A stretch of DNA of 17,978 nt from an uncultured bacterium (GTDB lineage: Bacteria > GCA-001730085): the NCBI GenBank assembly GCA_964565945.1, contig CAZMGY010000016.1, forward strand, positions 1-17,978, written 5' to 3'. The notes beneath the pieces are model-generated. The model did no database searches, was not told the DNA's origin, and saw only the letters and a program-made list of their open reading frames with translations. Of the stretch, positions 1-8,456 are shown in pieces (position 1 is the stretch's first letter; every line of letters begins with the position of its first letter). Position numbers and translations under genes: made by a program.

Positions 1-2
1 TT

Positions 3-3000
3 ACTACTGGTTCTGAGGCTGCTGCTACAAGTTTGGCGATTAAGGAAGAGTATAAGGAAGAAAAAGCTACTTCTACTTATTATGAATATGAAAAAGAAGA
101 ATTGGTTGATAGAAGTTTTGAGGTTGTGGACAAATTTACTAGTAGTCCTTTTGAAGGCTCTTCTGAGAGAAGTGTTGTGGTTGAGAATGTGCGAGAAGGA
201 GAGGAAGGCAAATCTGCTGAGACTCAAAAAAGAGGCACGGGCACAGCGGCTGCTGATAAACTTTCTGTTAGTTATCATGAGAAGGAAGGATCTGCTGATA
301 CAAGTTCTAGTTTTGTTGAAGAATTTTCTGCTAGTAATACTCAGGAAGATGCTGTTAGGTCAGAATCTTCTGTACTTCAAGAAAGCGGCACGGCCACAGC
401 GGCTCCTGCTACAGAACTTTCTGCAAGTTTGGTGATTGAGGAAGAGTATAAGGAAGAAGAATCTACTTCTAGTTATTATGACAAAGAAGCATTGGCTGAT
501 ACAAGTTTTGCGGTTATGGACAAACTTACTACTAGTTCTTTTGAAGAATTGCCTGCTAGTAAGCCTAAGGAAGCGGCTGTGTTGTCAGAACTTTCTGTAT
601 CTCAAGGGATGGTAGGGGGTAAAAGTGAAAATCAACAAAAAGTGCTGAACGAAGAATCTTCTGAGCAGATTTTTCAGGAGACAGAATCTACTGAGAGAAG
701 AAATATGGCGGAAGCATTTGACTTTTTGGAGGTTTCTAAGGGTAAAAAAGAGAGTGAATCTATAAAATTATTCCACAAAAAGGATGCTAAGACAAAAGGG
801 GGTCGTTTGAGTAAGCTTCTGCAGAGAGTGTCTAAAACTTTGAAACCACACAAAAAAGAACCAAAGGATGCTAAGAAAATTGATAACAAACAAGAAGACC
901 TTGCTGCAAAATTACAAAAATTTAGGGAGGCAGAGTATATATTAAGGGATTTGGATGAAGCATTTGACATTTTAGAGATTCCTAATAGTCCAGAGCGTGC
1001 CTTGGTTGAGGAGCTGTCTAAAAATATAAAAGTATGCAAAAAAGCACTAAAGGAGGAGGATGAGAAAACTGCTGGCAAGCCAGAAGAATTTGCTAAAGAA
1101 TTATACATACTTGAGAAAAAGCAAATTATTGCCAAGGGACTTGCATTAATGACAGCATTGAATGTTGCTTCAAAGAAACCAAGATTTGGAGACATACCTC
1201 CAGGGTTCGCTCCAGGAATGTCCAAAGAGATCAAGGATAATAAATATAAGTTATGGGATTTTATTAAATCTAAGGAGCTTATTTCTAGGAATTATTCTTC
1301 ACTTATAAAGGAGACTCTTGACTTGATCAATGTAAATCGATATCTTTTGTCAGTGAAAAAAATTGATAGCAAAACTATTCCAGAGGAGAATATTGAGGAG
1401 TTGTCCGATGCTATTGAGGAGTTTTTCGATGCCAGTGACCACTCAATGGATATAATGTGGATAGGAAAAAATTTGACTGAAGAAGCGGAAAAGTTATTTT
1501 CTGAGGATGATGCGAATGCAGAGGTTTTGTCAGTCCAAGAAACTGATAGCAAAACGAACTTTGAGGAAGAAGGAAGACGTGATGAGGATGATATTGAGGG
1601 GTTACCCGATGCCGTAGATATAGGGCTTCTGAGCTTTGGGCTAACAAGCTTAAGCCAGAAATTTGATCCAGAGGATGCTATTGAGGAGTTACCCGATGCC
1701 AGTGAACACTCAATGGATATAAGGTTGATAGGACAAAATTTGACTGAAGAAGAGGATGATGCGAATGCAGCTGTTTTGTCAGTCCAAGAAACTGATAGCA
1801 AAACGAACTTTGAGGAAGAAGAAAGACGTGATGAGGCTGATATTGAGGCGTTACCCGATGCCGTAGATATAGGGCTTATGATCTTTGGGCTAACAATGTT
1901 CAGCCAGAAATTTGATCCAGAGGATGATATTAAGGAGTTACCCGATGCAAGGGAAGAAGAATCAATGAGTATAGGGTCGATAGAGGGAGGATTGGACAAT
2001 CAACAAGGACAGGAGAATCAAGGTGCTTCTACTAGACCTAAAAAATCACTGGAAGAGATTAAAGAGATTATTCAAAATGCGATGGAGAAGTTAACGGTAG
2101 GTACTGACTTGTTTGAGGGTCAAGAGAAGGATATGCTTAGGGAAGCCGTATGGGATTATTTCGCTAATTTTGATAAATCTGCTTTTGCGATAAAAAGTTT
2201 GGATGAAGCATTTACTATTTTAGAGGTTCCTAAGGGTCATGGGCGTAAGCTTGTTAAGCGTCTATCTAAAGAAATAGAAAAAAAAGAACGAAAGGGTTCT
2301 AAGAAACCTGGTAAGAAAGAAGACAAATTTGTTGCAAAATTACAAAAACTTGGGAGAAAACGGATTCTTGCTAAGGGACTTGCATTAATGGAAGCACTGG
2401 AGGTTGGTTTAGAGAAAGGAAAAAATCTAGTACCTGATGCAAAAAAAGTCCTCAATGAAATCAATGGTAATAAGGGTGATTTATTGGATGTTATTAATGG
2501 AGTTAAAAGGTTTAAGTCTATAAATTATTCTTCACTTATAGAGGAGACTCTTGGTCTGATCAATCGGAATCTATATGTTTTCTCAGTCAAACATAGTGCT
2601 AGTAAAACTAACTTTGAGGTAGAAACGTTAAACAAGGAAAAGGCTGTATTGCCAACTACTAAAGAAGGACTTAGCGCCTTATCGAGATTTTCTGCTAATA
2701 GCAAGGTTTTCATGATGGATAATTTATCAAATTTAGGAAAAGTTCATAACATTGATGGACGGTGGGTTCCTTTTGTTTCAGCTCAGAATGAAAAGCTTTC
2801 CACAATGATGAAATTTATCGCTGAATACGAATCTTACAAAGCAAGCTGGTTGAACGATCGGCGTGTTGTGGATGAAGAAAGTATTAAGGTTGCTGTGGAG
2901 AAAAATTTTAGAAATGTGGAGCATAAATATCGGTCGACAGCACTTAATGCCGACGCTATAATCCAATCTCTCGGAAAAATGAACGGCCTAGAATTGAAAA

Positions 3001-3335
3001 AATTGATCCGTGAGTTTGACGAGTATTTTGAGAAATTGCTTAATGACCCGAGTAAAGCAACGCTTCTTTCGCTACAACAAACCCTGCCCCTAGAGGGGTC
3101 AGAGATTCTTCGTACAATTTTGGACTTAGGAATGAATGTAAGCAAGGTAACTATACAGAAATTATTAGAAGGCAAACGTAATGTCTTAGAAAAGTTAGTT
3201 GAATCTTTTTTAAAGGAAATTCCACAAGGTCAAGAAAGAAAAAGTCTTTTTGAAATTGTAGGGGGTGACGTTGCGAGTCGTCGTAAAGAATTAGAAAACA
3301 TAGTCCTAATGAAATCATTCGAATTGAGCGCTTAA
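3..3335 (+). CDS. Large acidic repeat-rich protein, 5'-truncated by the window edge; modular effector-like family member
   Basis: The frame is open from nt 3 with no stop before the listed TTG at 33. The first 10 codons (TTGSEAAATS) resemble the segment that precedes the second repeat copy (GTATAAPATELSAS), so the gene continues upstream. Stop TAA at 3333-3335. It contains several in-frame repeat sets and a C-terminal module shared with the gene at 14978. Confidence 0.8.
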   Translation, partial: TTGSEAAATSLAIKEEYKEEKATSTYYEYEKEELVDRSFEVVDKFTSSPFEGSSERSVVVENVREGEEGKSAETQKRGTGTAAADKLSVSYHEKEGSADTSSSFVEEFSASNTQEDAVRSESSVLQESGTATAAPATELSASLVIEEEYKEEESTSSYYDKEALADTSFAVMDKLTTSSFEELPASKPKEAAVLSELSVSQGMVGGKSENQQKVLNEESSEQIFQETESTERRNMAEAFDFLEVSKGKKESESIKLFHKKDAKTKGGRLSKLLQRVSKTLKPHKKEPKDAKKIDNKQEDLAAKLQKFREAEYILRDLDEAFDILEIPNSPERALVEELSKNIKVCKKALKEEDEKTAGKPEEFAKELYILEKKQIIAKGLALMTALNVASKKPRFGDIPPGFAPGMSKEIKDNKYKLWDFIKSKELISRNYSSLIKETLDLINVNRYLLSVKKIDSKTIPEENIEELSDAIEEFFDASDHSMDIMWIGKNLTEEAEKLFSEDDANAEVLSVQETDSKTNFEEEGRRDEDDIEGLPDAVDIGLLSFGLTSLSQKFDPEDAIEELPDASEHSMDIRLIGQNLTEEEDDANAAVLSVQETDSKTNFEEEERRDEADIEALPDAVDIGLMIFGLTMFSQKFDPEDDIKELPDAREEESMSIGSIEGGLDNQQGQENQGASTRPKKSLEEIKEIIQNAMEKLTVGTDLFEGQEKDMLREAVWDYFANFDKSAFAIKSLDEAFTILEVPKGHGRKLVKRLSKEIEKKERKGSKKPGKKEDKFVAKLQKLGRKRILAKGLALMEALEVGLEKGKNLVPDAKKVLNEINGNKGDLLDVINGVKRFKSINYSSLIEETLGLINRNLYVFSVKHSASKTNFEVETLNKEKAVLPTTKEGLSALSRFSANSKVFMMDNLSNLGKVHNIDGRWVPFVSAQNEKLSTMMKFIAEYESYKASWLNDRRVVDEESIKVAVEKNFRNVEHKYRSTALNADAIIQSLGKMNGLELKKLIREFDEYFEKLLNDPSKATLLSLQQTLPLEGSEILRTILDLGMNVSKVTIQKLLEGKRNVLEKLVESFLKEIPQGQERKSLFEIVGGDVASRRKELENIVLMKSFELSA
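33..620 (+). repeat. In-frame 396-nt (132-aa) acidic Ser/Thr/Tyr-rich repeat, about 1.5 copies in the window and probably continuing upstream
   Basis: ttggcgattaaggaagagtataaggaagaa at 33 recurs as ttggtgattgaggaagagtataaggaagaa at 429. Peptides: LAIKEEYKEEKATSTYYEYEKEELVDRSFEVVDKFTSSPFEG vs LVIEEEYKEEESTSSYYDKEALADTSFAVMDKLTTSSFEE. Confidence 0.7.
1380..1975 (+). repeat. In-frame tandem repeat inside the 3..3335 CDS: units of 288 nt, 249 nt and a partial third
   Basis: Unit starts (ccagaggaKRMTATTRAGGAGTT.CCCGATGC) are at 1380, 1668 and 1917. Near-identical blocks recur, e.g. gttttgtcagtccaagaaactgatagcaaaacgaactttgaggaagaag and ttacccgatgccgtagatatagggctt. Peptide unit: IEELPDASEHSMDIRLIGQNLTEEEDDANAAVLSVQETDSKTNFEEEERRDEADIEALPDAVDIGLMIFGLTMFSQKFDPED. 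Confidence 0.85.
2606..2844 (+). repeat. Dispersed direct repeat, copy A (partner at 17740..17978)
   Basis: Hand alignment to 17740..17978 is ungapped over 239 nt with about 35 mismatches (~85% identity). It includes a 43-nt perfect run, 2704..2746 = 17838..17880 (aggttttcatgatggataatttatcaaatttaggaaaagttca). Both copies are in frame and on the + strand. Confidence 0.9.
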
Positions 3336-3401
3336 TAGAAAGACGATTGTAAATATATTGTTTTCCTGGGGCTATAACGTCCTGGGGTTTGCGTATGTTA
3401 A

Positions 3402-4436
3402 TTAATAACTAAACTGATCCAACTTAACTTTGCCACGAAACACCCAATAAATACAAATCGTGTAAGCTAACACAAAAGGCATGCCGAGAACGGCAATAAT
3501 GGTTATATTTTTGAGCGTTGCTTGAGACGATGCGGCATTGATAATATTGAGGTTATACGTTGGATCAACGTCCGAGGTGATAAAGTTAGGGAACAAGGCT
3601 ATTCCAAACAAAAAGATTAGGCCAATGATGTTGATGCAGGAGGAAACAAAGGCTTGGCGAGGAGCTTTTTTGTATATTGTTCTAGGTATATTTCCGATGG
3701 CAATCACTTGAATAAACACAAAAGCCCAGGCCCAAGGATAATGTTGGAAGTTGGCCCAGGCATGGGGCCACTTGATCAGGGTGACCATGGTGACAGAAAT
3801 ATAGAGAAGCAAAAAAACACCAAAACTATACCAAGTCCAGCGGTGAATTTTTTTTTGAAGCTCTCCTTCGGTTTTCATATAAAGATAGAGGGCACCATGA
3901 AGAGCAAAAAGCGCAACGGCCAACACTCCTGTTAAAAGTGAGTAAGGATGTAAAATGTCCCAGAAGTTACCCACGAACTCAAAGCGATGATCAATGGGGA
4001 TACCAGCGATACCGCTACCAACTGCGACACCAAACAATAACGTGACACAGAGGCTAGAGGCAAAAAAAGCAACATCCCATGTTTTTCTCCATAGGGGGTT
4101 GCTTTGTTTGCTACGAAACTCTAAGGAGACGGCTCGCACAATAAGGCAAAGGAGTACGAGCATGAATGGAGTGTAAAAGGCCGAAAAAATGGTGGCATAA
4201 GCTTCGGGAAAGGAGGCAAAGAGGGCTCCACCAAAGGTTACGAGCCAAACTTCGTTGCCATCCCACAAAGGACCAATCGAGTTCATAAAAATGCGACGGT
4301 CAGTGTCTTTGCGGGCACCCAGGTGCAAAATTCCTACACCTAAATCGAAACCATCCAAAATGGCATAGCCTGCTAGCAAAACCCCAAGAAGAATAAACCA
4401 AAATGTATTAAGATCCATGATTATTATCTTCGGCAT
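3402..4436 (-). CDS. cydB: Cytochrome bd ubiquinol oxidase subunit II
   Basis: Polytopic membrane protein lying immediately downstream of and overlapping cydA. The N-terminus [31 protein letters not shown] is the canonical CydB start. The longest ORF starts at ATG 4436, but the homology-style start MDLN is the ATG at 4418. Neither has a clear SD, so the start is uncertain by 18 nt. Confidence 0.9.
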   Translation of the reverse strand: MPKIIIMDLNTFWFILLGVLLAGYAILDGFDLGVGILHLGARKDTDRRIFMNSIGPLWDGNEVWLVTFGGALFASFPEAYATIFSAFYTPFMLVLLCLIVRAVSLEFRSKQSNPLWRKTWDVAFFASSLCVTLLFGVAVGSGIAGIPIDHRFEFVGNFWDILHPYSLLTGVLAVALFALHGALYLYMKTEGELQKKIHRWTWYSFGVFLLLYISVTMVTLIKWPHAWANFQHYPWAWAFVFIQVIAIGNIPRTIYKKAPRQAFVSSCINIIGLIFLFGIALFPNFITSDVDPTYNLNIINAASSQATLKNITIIAVLGMPFVLAYTICIYWVFRGKVKLDQFSY

Positions 4437-5865
4437 CTGGGTTGGTTAATGTTTTGTGCGAAGGGTCGGCCCATAGTGCAGCGCTGGTGAACCACCGTTC
4501 CCCTTTAAGCTGTTTGGGTCGTTCTTTGTAACTTAAATCTGGTCCAGCATGAACTTTGTGGTTCATCACATAAATCCATACAAAAAAGAGTAGTGCGTAT
4601 ATGCAGCTAAACATAATGATTGATGAAAGTACTTGAGAAGCAGTAATAGATTTAGAAACACCATCGCTGGTTCGAAGAAGATTATAGACGATCCATGGTT
4701 GACGACCAACTTCGGCGGCTACCCATCCAGCCATGTTGGCTGTGTAGGAGCCCAAGACTGCAACAACAAAGGTCCAAAGAAGCCAGGTTTGTTCAAATAG
4801 GGTTCCTCGAATGTAGTAATACAATGCTACCAGTAAGATACCCATAAAGAAGACGCCCAACATGATCATGAGGCGATAGCTCAAAAAGGTGAGCAACACA
4901 GGCGGACGATCCTCCTTGGCAAATTGATCGAGTCCAGGAATCGGTGTTGTTGTATTGCCATGAACAAGAAAGCTTAAGGCATTCGGAATGGCGATCCCGT
5001 AATCCATCTGTTCGGTTTTGGTGTTTGGAATGCCTGTAATGTAAAGAGGTGTTCCTTCGGATGTTGATTTGAAATGTCCTTCGAAGGCTGCCAATTTGGC
5101 CGGTTGATATTTAGCCACAATCTGAGCTTTTTTATGTCCTACAATGGGCAACATAAATGAGGCAAAAAGCCCGACAAATAGTGCTATTTTGAAGGATTTT
5201 TTGGCAAATTCGGTGTGTTGTTTTTTCAATATGTAGTAAGCACAGATACTCATAACAAAAAAAGAGCCTAAATTTAAACAAGCCAAAAGCACGTGTATTA
5301 AACGAGTAACCGCAGAGGGGTTGAACACCATGGCCCAAAAGTCAATAATTTCGGCACGAAACCCAGCGCCGTGCTGGACGATGTGGTGTCCTGTGGGGGT
5401 TTGTTGCCAAGAGTTGGCGACAACAATCCAAACAGCCGAAAAAATGGCGCCCAAGCTAACCATAAGGGTCGAGAAAAAGTGCGCTATAGGAGAAAGACGA
5501 TTCCAGCCAAAGACGAGTAAGGCTAAGAAGACTGATTCCAAGAAGAAAGCAAAAATACCTTCGGCGGCCAGAGGTGATCCAAAAACGTCTCCAACAAAAC
5601 GGGAGTAGGTGGCCCAGTTGGTTCCAAATTGAAACTCCATGACGATGCCTGATGCGACTCCTAGGGCGAAGTTTGCGGCAAATAGCCTCGTCCAAAACTT
5701 GGCCATTTGTTCATAAATGATTTTTCCTGTTTTTAAGTAAAGTCCTTCAATGATCACCATGATGACGCTTAATCCAATCGTTAATGGGGGAAAGAGATAG
5801 TGAAACATTATGGTTAATGCAAATTGGATGCGCGATAAAAGGGTTACATCATTCAATATATCCAT
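4408..5865 (-). CDS. cydA: Cytochrome bd ubiquinol oxidase subunit I (short Q-loop type, 485 aa)
   Basis: The N-terminus [23 protein letters not shown] and the motif [15 protein letters not shown] are typical of CydA. SD AAGGAG lies 7 nt upstream of ATG 5865 on the minus strand. The stop overlaps the cydB start. Confidence 0.93.
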   Translation of the reverse strand: MDILNDVTLLSRIQFALTIMFHYLFPPLTIGLSVIMVIIEGLYLKTGKIIYEQMAKFWTRLFAANFALGVASGIVMEFQFGTNWATYSRFVGDVFGSPLAAEGIFAFFLESVFLALLVFGWNRLSPIAHFFSTLMVSLGAIFSAVWIVVANSWQQTPTGHHIVQHGAGFRAEIIDFWAMVFNPSAVTRLIHVLLACLNLGSFFVMSICAYYILKKQHTEFAKKSFKIALFVGLFASFMLPIVGHKKAQIVAKYQPAKLAAFEGHFKSTSEGTPLYITGIPNTKTEQMDYGIAIPNALSFLVHGNTTTPIPGLDQFAKEDRPPVLLTFLSYRLMIMLGVFFMGILLVALYYYIRGTLFEQTWLLWTFVVAVLGSYTANMAGWVAAEVGRQPWIVYNLLRTSDGVSKSITASQVLSSIIMFSCIYALLFFVWIYVMNHKVHAGPDLSYKERPKQLKGERWFTSAALWADPSHKTLTNPDAEDNNHGS

Positions 5866-5877
5866 AGCCTAACTCCT

Positions 5878-5925
5878 TTGATAATATACCGTCATCATTG
5901 TATAATGTTATAAAATTTTAATCAA
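5878..5925. promoter_or_regulatory. Putative back-to-back sigma70-like promoters in the cydA / 5965-operon divergent intergenic region
   Basis: Plus strand: TTGATA (5878-5883), 17 nt, TATAAT (5901-5906), about 60 nt upstream of ATG 5965. Minus strand: TTGATT (revcomp of 5920-5925), 17 nt, TACAAT (revcomp of 5897-5902), upstream of cydA ATG 5865. Based on sequence pattern only. Confidence 0.4.
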
Positions 5926-5964
5926 GGCTAAGATAAGAAAATGAATATATGGGAATGGTAAAAC

Positions 5965-6474
5965 ATGAAACGCTTATGGATATTGATTATTGTGACAGCT
6001 GTTTTAGGGTTTGTGGGCCTGATTGCTTTGGGGATTCAATATTGGCAATTTCGTAGTGTGCCCGAAGATGAAAAGCAGCGTATGATTAGTGCGATAATGG
6101 AACTTGCTTCTATGAGAGAGTTGCAACGAACAAGTCAGACCTTTATAGATGAAATTGTACCTGCGATTACGGCTCAATGGTCACCAGATAGTTATTTATC
6201 TTATGTAAAACCACATGTGATGTCGGGCAAAGAAAAAAGTATTATTCGGATGTATTTGGGGAATGTAGGTGCCATTTATGGTCCCCTGGTGGAGTATAGG
6301 GGGTCTGAAGGTGATATTCATTTGCGTGGAAACTCCATCCAAGATGCCGTCGTTTTTGCCGATTATCAAGTGACGGCTATTTACCGAGATAAGGGGCAGG
6401 TTCAGTTTAGGGTTTCTTTAAGTAAAGACCCTGGAACCGATCAATGGTTTTTAGAAGGTTTTCATGGACTTTGA
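5965..6474 (+). CDS. Hypothetical N-terminally membrane-anchored protein (169 aa)
   Basis: ATG start with one N-terminal hydrophobic helix (LWILIIVTAVLGFVGLIALGI) followed by a soluble domain. No motif I recognise. Its stop overlaps the tilS start by 11 nt, which suggests translational coupling. Confidence 0.6.
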   Translation: MKRLWILIIVTAVLGFVGLIALGIQYWQFRSVPEDEKQRMISAIMELASMRELQRTSQTFIDEIVPAITAQWSPDSYLSYVKPHVMSGKEKSIIRMYLGNVGAIYGPLVEYRGSEGDIHLRGNSIQDAVVFADYQVTAIYRDKGQVQFRVSLSKDPGTDQWFLEGFHGL

Positions 6475-7837
6475 TGTTGTTGGTTGTGTTCGCACGTTGA
6501 TTGAAAAACATCAGCTTATTCCAGCTTATACCAAGGTAGTTGTCGGTGTTTCGGGGGGGCTGGACTCTGTTTGTTTGGCTTACATACTGAAGCAATTGGT
6601 CCCAGATTATGGTTGGCAATTGGTTTTAGCTCATTTTAATCATAAACAACGAAAATGGCATTCGGACCAAGATGTTCTCTGGGTCAAGGATTTGGCACAG
6701 CAATGGAACCTTCCTTGCGTGGTGGGGTTTTTGCCGCAGCCATTGCAAGGCCAAAACTCTGCTGAAGACACGCTAAGAAAACAAAGATATGCTTTTTTGG
6801 AAGAGGTGGCTAAGACACATAAGGCCTCTTTTCTTGCGGTGGGGCATCACCAAGGTGATCAGGCCGAAACGGTATTGCACCATCTGATACGTGGAACGCA
6901 CCTGCAAGGTTTGCGAGGTATGCGGCTCAAGCGCTGTTTAAGCCCAGGTAGTTTTGTTTTGCTGGTACGTCCCTTGTTGCGATTGTTGCGTGCCGATCTC
7001 GAGCAGTATGCTAAGCGAGAAAAGCTTGATTGGTGTGAAGACGAAAGCAATGCGGATGCAAGATATACGCGTAATCGCATTCGTCATGAGGTGATTCCTT
7101 TGCTGGAAATGATCAACCCTCAAGTGCTTTCTCATATGAACCGTTTGGCTAACCTGGCGGAAGAATTGAGTGATGAGTTAGATTGCAACGATCGTGGATG
7201 GTTCCAAGACTTAGGGACTTCGGTGAAGGGTGAATCTGTTCTCGATCTGAACCAATGGGGAAGATTAAAGCCTTTGAGGCAAAACGAAGTATTGTTTCGT
7301 CTATTGCAGAGGTATAAGCCCAAAGGGCAAGAGATTACTGGGAGCCATGTTCAGGAGCTGGCTAAGCTATGCCGATCGCGCAAATCGTGGATTGAAGTCG
7401 AATTCATGTCGGGTTTATGGTGTTTTAAAAGCTATGATTGGATCAAAATGGCGACTAGTCGCCATAGAGATTGTGACACATCTGAAGAATCTTTCGGTTT
7501 TACGCGTCGAGAGTTTGTTCGTTCTTCTGAGGACTTGTTTACGCTTTCGAAGGAGAAAAACAGGATGATTTACTGCGATGCGGCCAAAATCGAAGGGGAG
7601 CTTCAGTTGCTCAAAGCGGATTTGGACGAGGTGTTTTGCCCTTTGGGAATGGCGTCGATGAAAACACTTAAAAGCTATTGTTCGGATCATAAAATCCCTC
7701 ATTGGGAGAGGTCGCGGCTTTATGTGCTTAGAGATGATGAAAAAGTGATTTGGTTGTGTGGGTATCGCATGGATGATCGCATTAAGTGTGATCTTCATAC
7801 GAAAAATGTGTTGCATCTTCAACTTAACCTTACGTAG
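6464..7837 (+). CDS. tilS: tRNA(Ile)-lysidine synthetase
   Basis: PP-loop ATPase motif VVVGVSGGLDSVCL near the N-terminus. The TilS-type C-terminal domain is present (KSYCSDHKIPHWERSRLYVLRDDEKVIWLCGYRMDDR). SD-like AGAAGG lies 6 nt upstream of ATG 6464. Confidence 0.9.
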   Translation: MDFDVVGCVRTLIEKHQLIPAYTKVVVGVSGGLDSVCLAYILKQLVPDYGWQLVLAHFNHKQRKWHSDQDVLWVKDLAQQWNLPCVVGFLPQPLQGQNSAEDTLRKQRYAFLEEVAKTHKASFLAVGHHQGDQAETVLHHLIRGTHLQGLRGMRLKRCLSPGSFVLLVRPLLRLLRADLEQYAKREKLDWCEDESNADARYTRNRIRHEVIPLLEMINPQVLSHMNRLANLAEELSDELDCNDRGWFQDLGTSVKGESVLDLNQWGRLKPLRQNEVLFRLLQRYKPKGQEITGSHVQELAKLCRSRKSWIEVEFMSGLWCFKSYDWIKMATSRHRDCDTSEESFGFTRREFVRSSEDLFTLSKEKNRMIYCDAAKIEGELQLLKADLDEVFCPLGMASMKTLKSYCSDHKIPHWERSRLYVLRDDEKVIWLCGYRMDDRIKCDLHTKNVLHLQLNLT

Positions 7838-7881
7838 AATGGCTATTTATCGATAATATGGATCAAGGAAGGAGTGAACAA

Positions 7882-8439
7882 ATGATAAGAGCGACAGCTG
7901 TACGGCGAGGCATGGTTATCAAACATGAGGGAACGTTATTTTTGGTAACGGGTACAGAGCATATCACTCCAGGTAAAGGAAATGCGCTTATGCAGGTGTC
8001 TGTGAAAGATATCCTAAAAGGCAAAAGCATGAAGATCCGTTTCCGCTCAGCTGCCGAAGTTGAGACGATCCATTTTGAAGCAATTCCTCATCAATATCTT
8101 TATAATGACGGCAATATCTATCATTTTATGAACTTGGAAGATTACAGTCCCGTCGAGATTCCCAATGACTTTATTGGTGATTACAAAAACTTTTTGATCG
8201 AAAACTTGGAATTATCGATTGCTTTTTATGAAGGGAAACCTTTGCAAATACAGTTTCCTAAGGCTATTAATCTTAAAGTGACCTATGCGGAGCCTTGGAT
8301 TAAAGGAGATTCGGTGTCTAATAATACGAGGCCAGTTGAGATAGAGACAGGTTACTCGCTTAAGGTTCCTATGTTTATCAATAAAGGCGACACCATTCGA
8401 GTTGATACAGAGACTGGAGAATACGTTGAACGTATCTAA
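7882..8439 (+). CDS. efp: Translation elongation factor P
   Basis: Sequence MIRATAVRRGMVIKHEGTLFLVTGTEHITPGKGNALMQVSVKDILKGK carries the conserved PGKG loop lysine. The 185-aa length is typical of EF-P. I prefer ATG 7882 (SD GGAAGGAG ending 7 nt upstream) over the longer ORF start at 7858. Confidence 0.9.
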   Translation: MIRATAVRRGMVIKHEGTLFLVTGTEHITPGKGNALMQVSVKDILKGKSMKIRFRSAAEVETIHFEAIPHQYLYNDGNIYHFMNLEDYSPVEIPNDFIGDYKNFLIENLELSIAFYEGKPLQIQFPKAINLKVTYAEPWIKGDSVSNNTRPVEIETGYSLKVPMFINKGDTIRVDTETGEYVERI

Positions 8440-8456
8440 AGCAAGGGGTTTCTCCT

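Noticed and set aside
951-1060. J-domain-like opening (LDEAFDILEIPNSPERALVEELSKNIKVCKKAL, also at 2199) reminiscent of DnaJ helix I-II (..YEILGV....eIkkAYrkL..)
   Set aside because: No HPD tripeptide follows in any of the three copies, and the similarity is limited to a short amphipathic pattern. That is not enough to call a J-domain.
1380-1975. Possible CRISPR array or satellite, given regularly spaced near-identical blocks (also 12589..12905)
   Set aside because: The units are 129-288 nt, contiguous with no unique spacers, in frame within long ORFs, and conserved at the protein level. They are coding tandem repeats, not CRISPR.
1292-1999. 235-aa minus-strand ORF with internal repeats (and 82..435 +, 674..1234 -, 2525..2713 -, 17581..17847 -, 11211..11648 -, 11591..11833 +)
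   Set aside because: These are alternative-frame or antisense reads of repeat-rich coding sequence. Their composition is low-complexity (Ser/Leu/Ile runs). The long plus-strand frames account for the repeats, and the similar pair 2525..2713 / 17581..17847 is the antisense of the shared C-terminal module.
3364-3387. Possible bidirectional terminator between the convergent 3..3335 gene and cydB (tcctgggg ... tcctgggg)
   Set aside because: The two 8-mers are direct repeats, not inverted, so they form no stem-loop. I found no convincing hairpin plus T-tract here or in the 17-nt convergent gap at 13597..13613.
3336-3401. Looked for a small cydX-like ORF downstream of cydB and for tRNA/sRNA genes in the intergenic gaps (3336..3401, 8440..8456, 10719..10938, 14700..14977)
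   Set aside because: There is no start-to-stop mini-ORF with a hydrophobic peptide after cydB, no cloverleaf-compatible sequence, and no conserved tRNA boxes.
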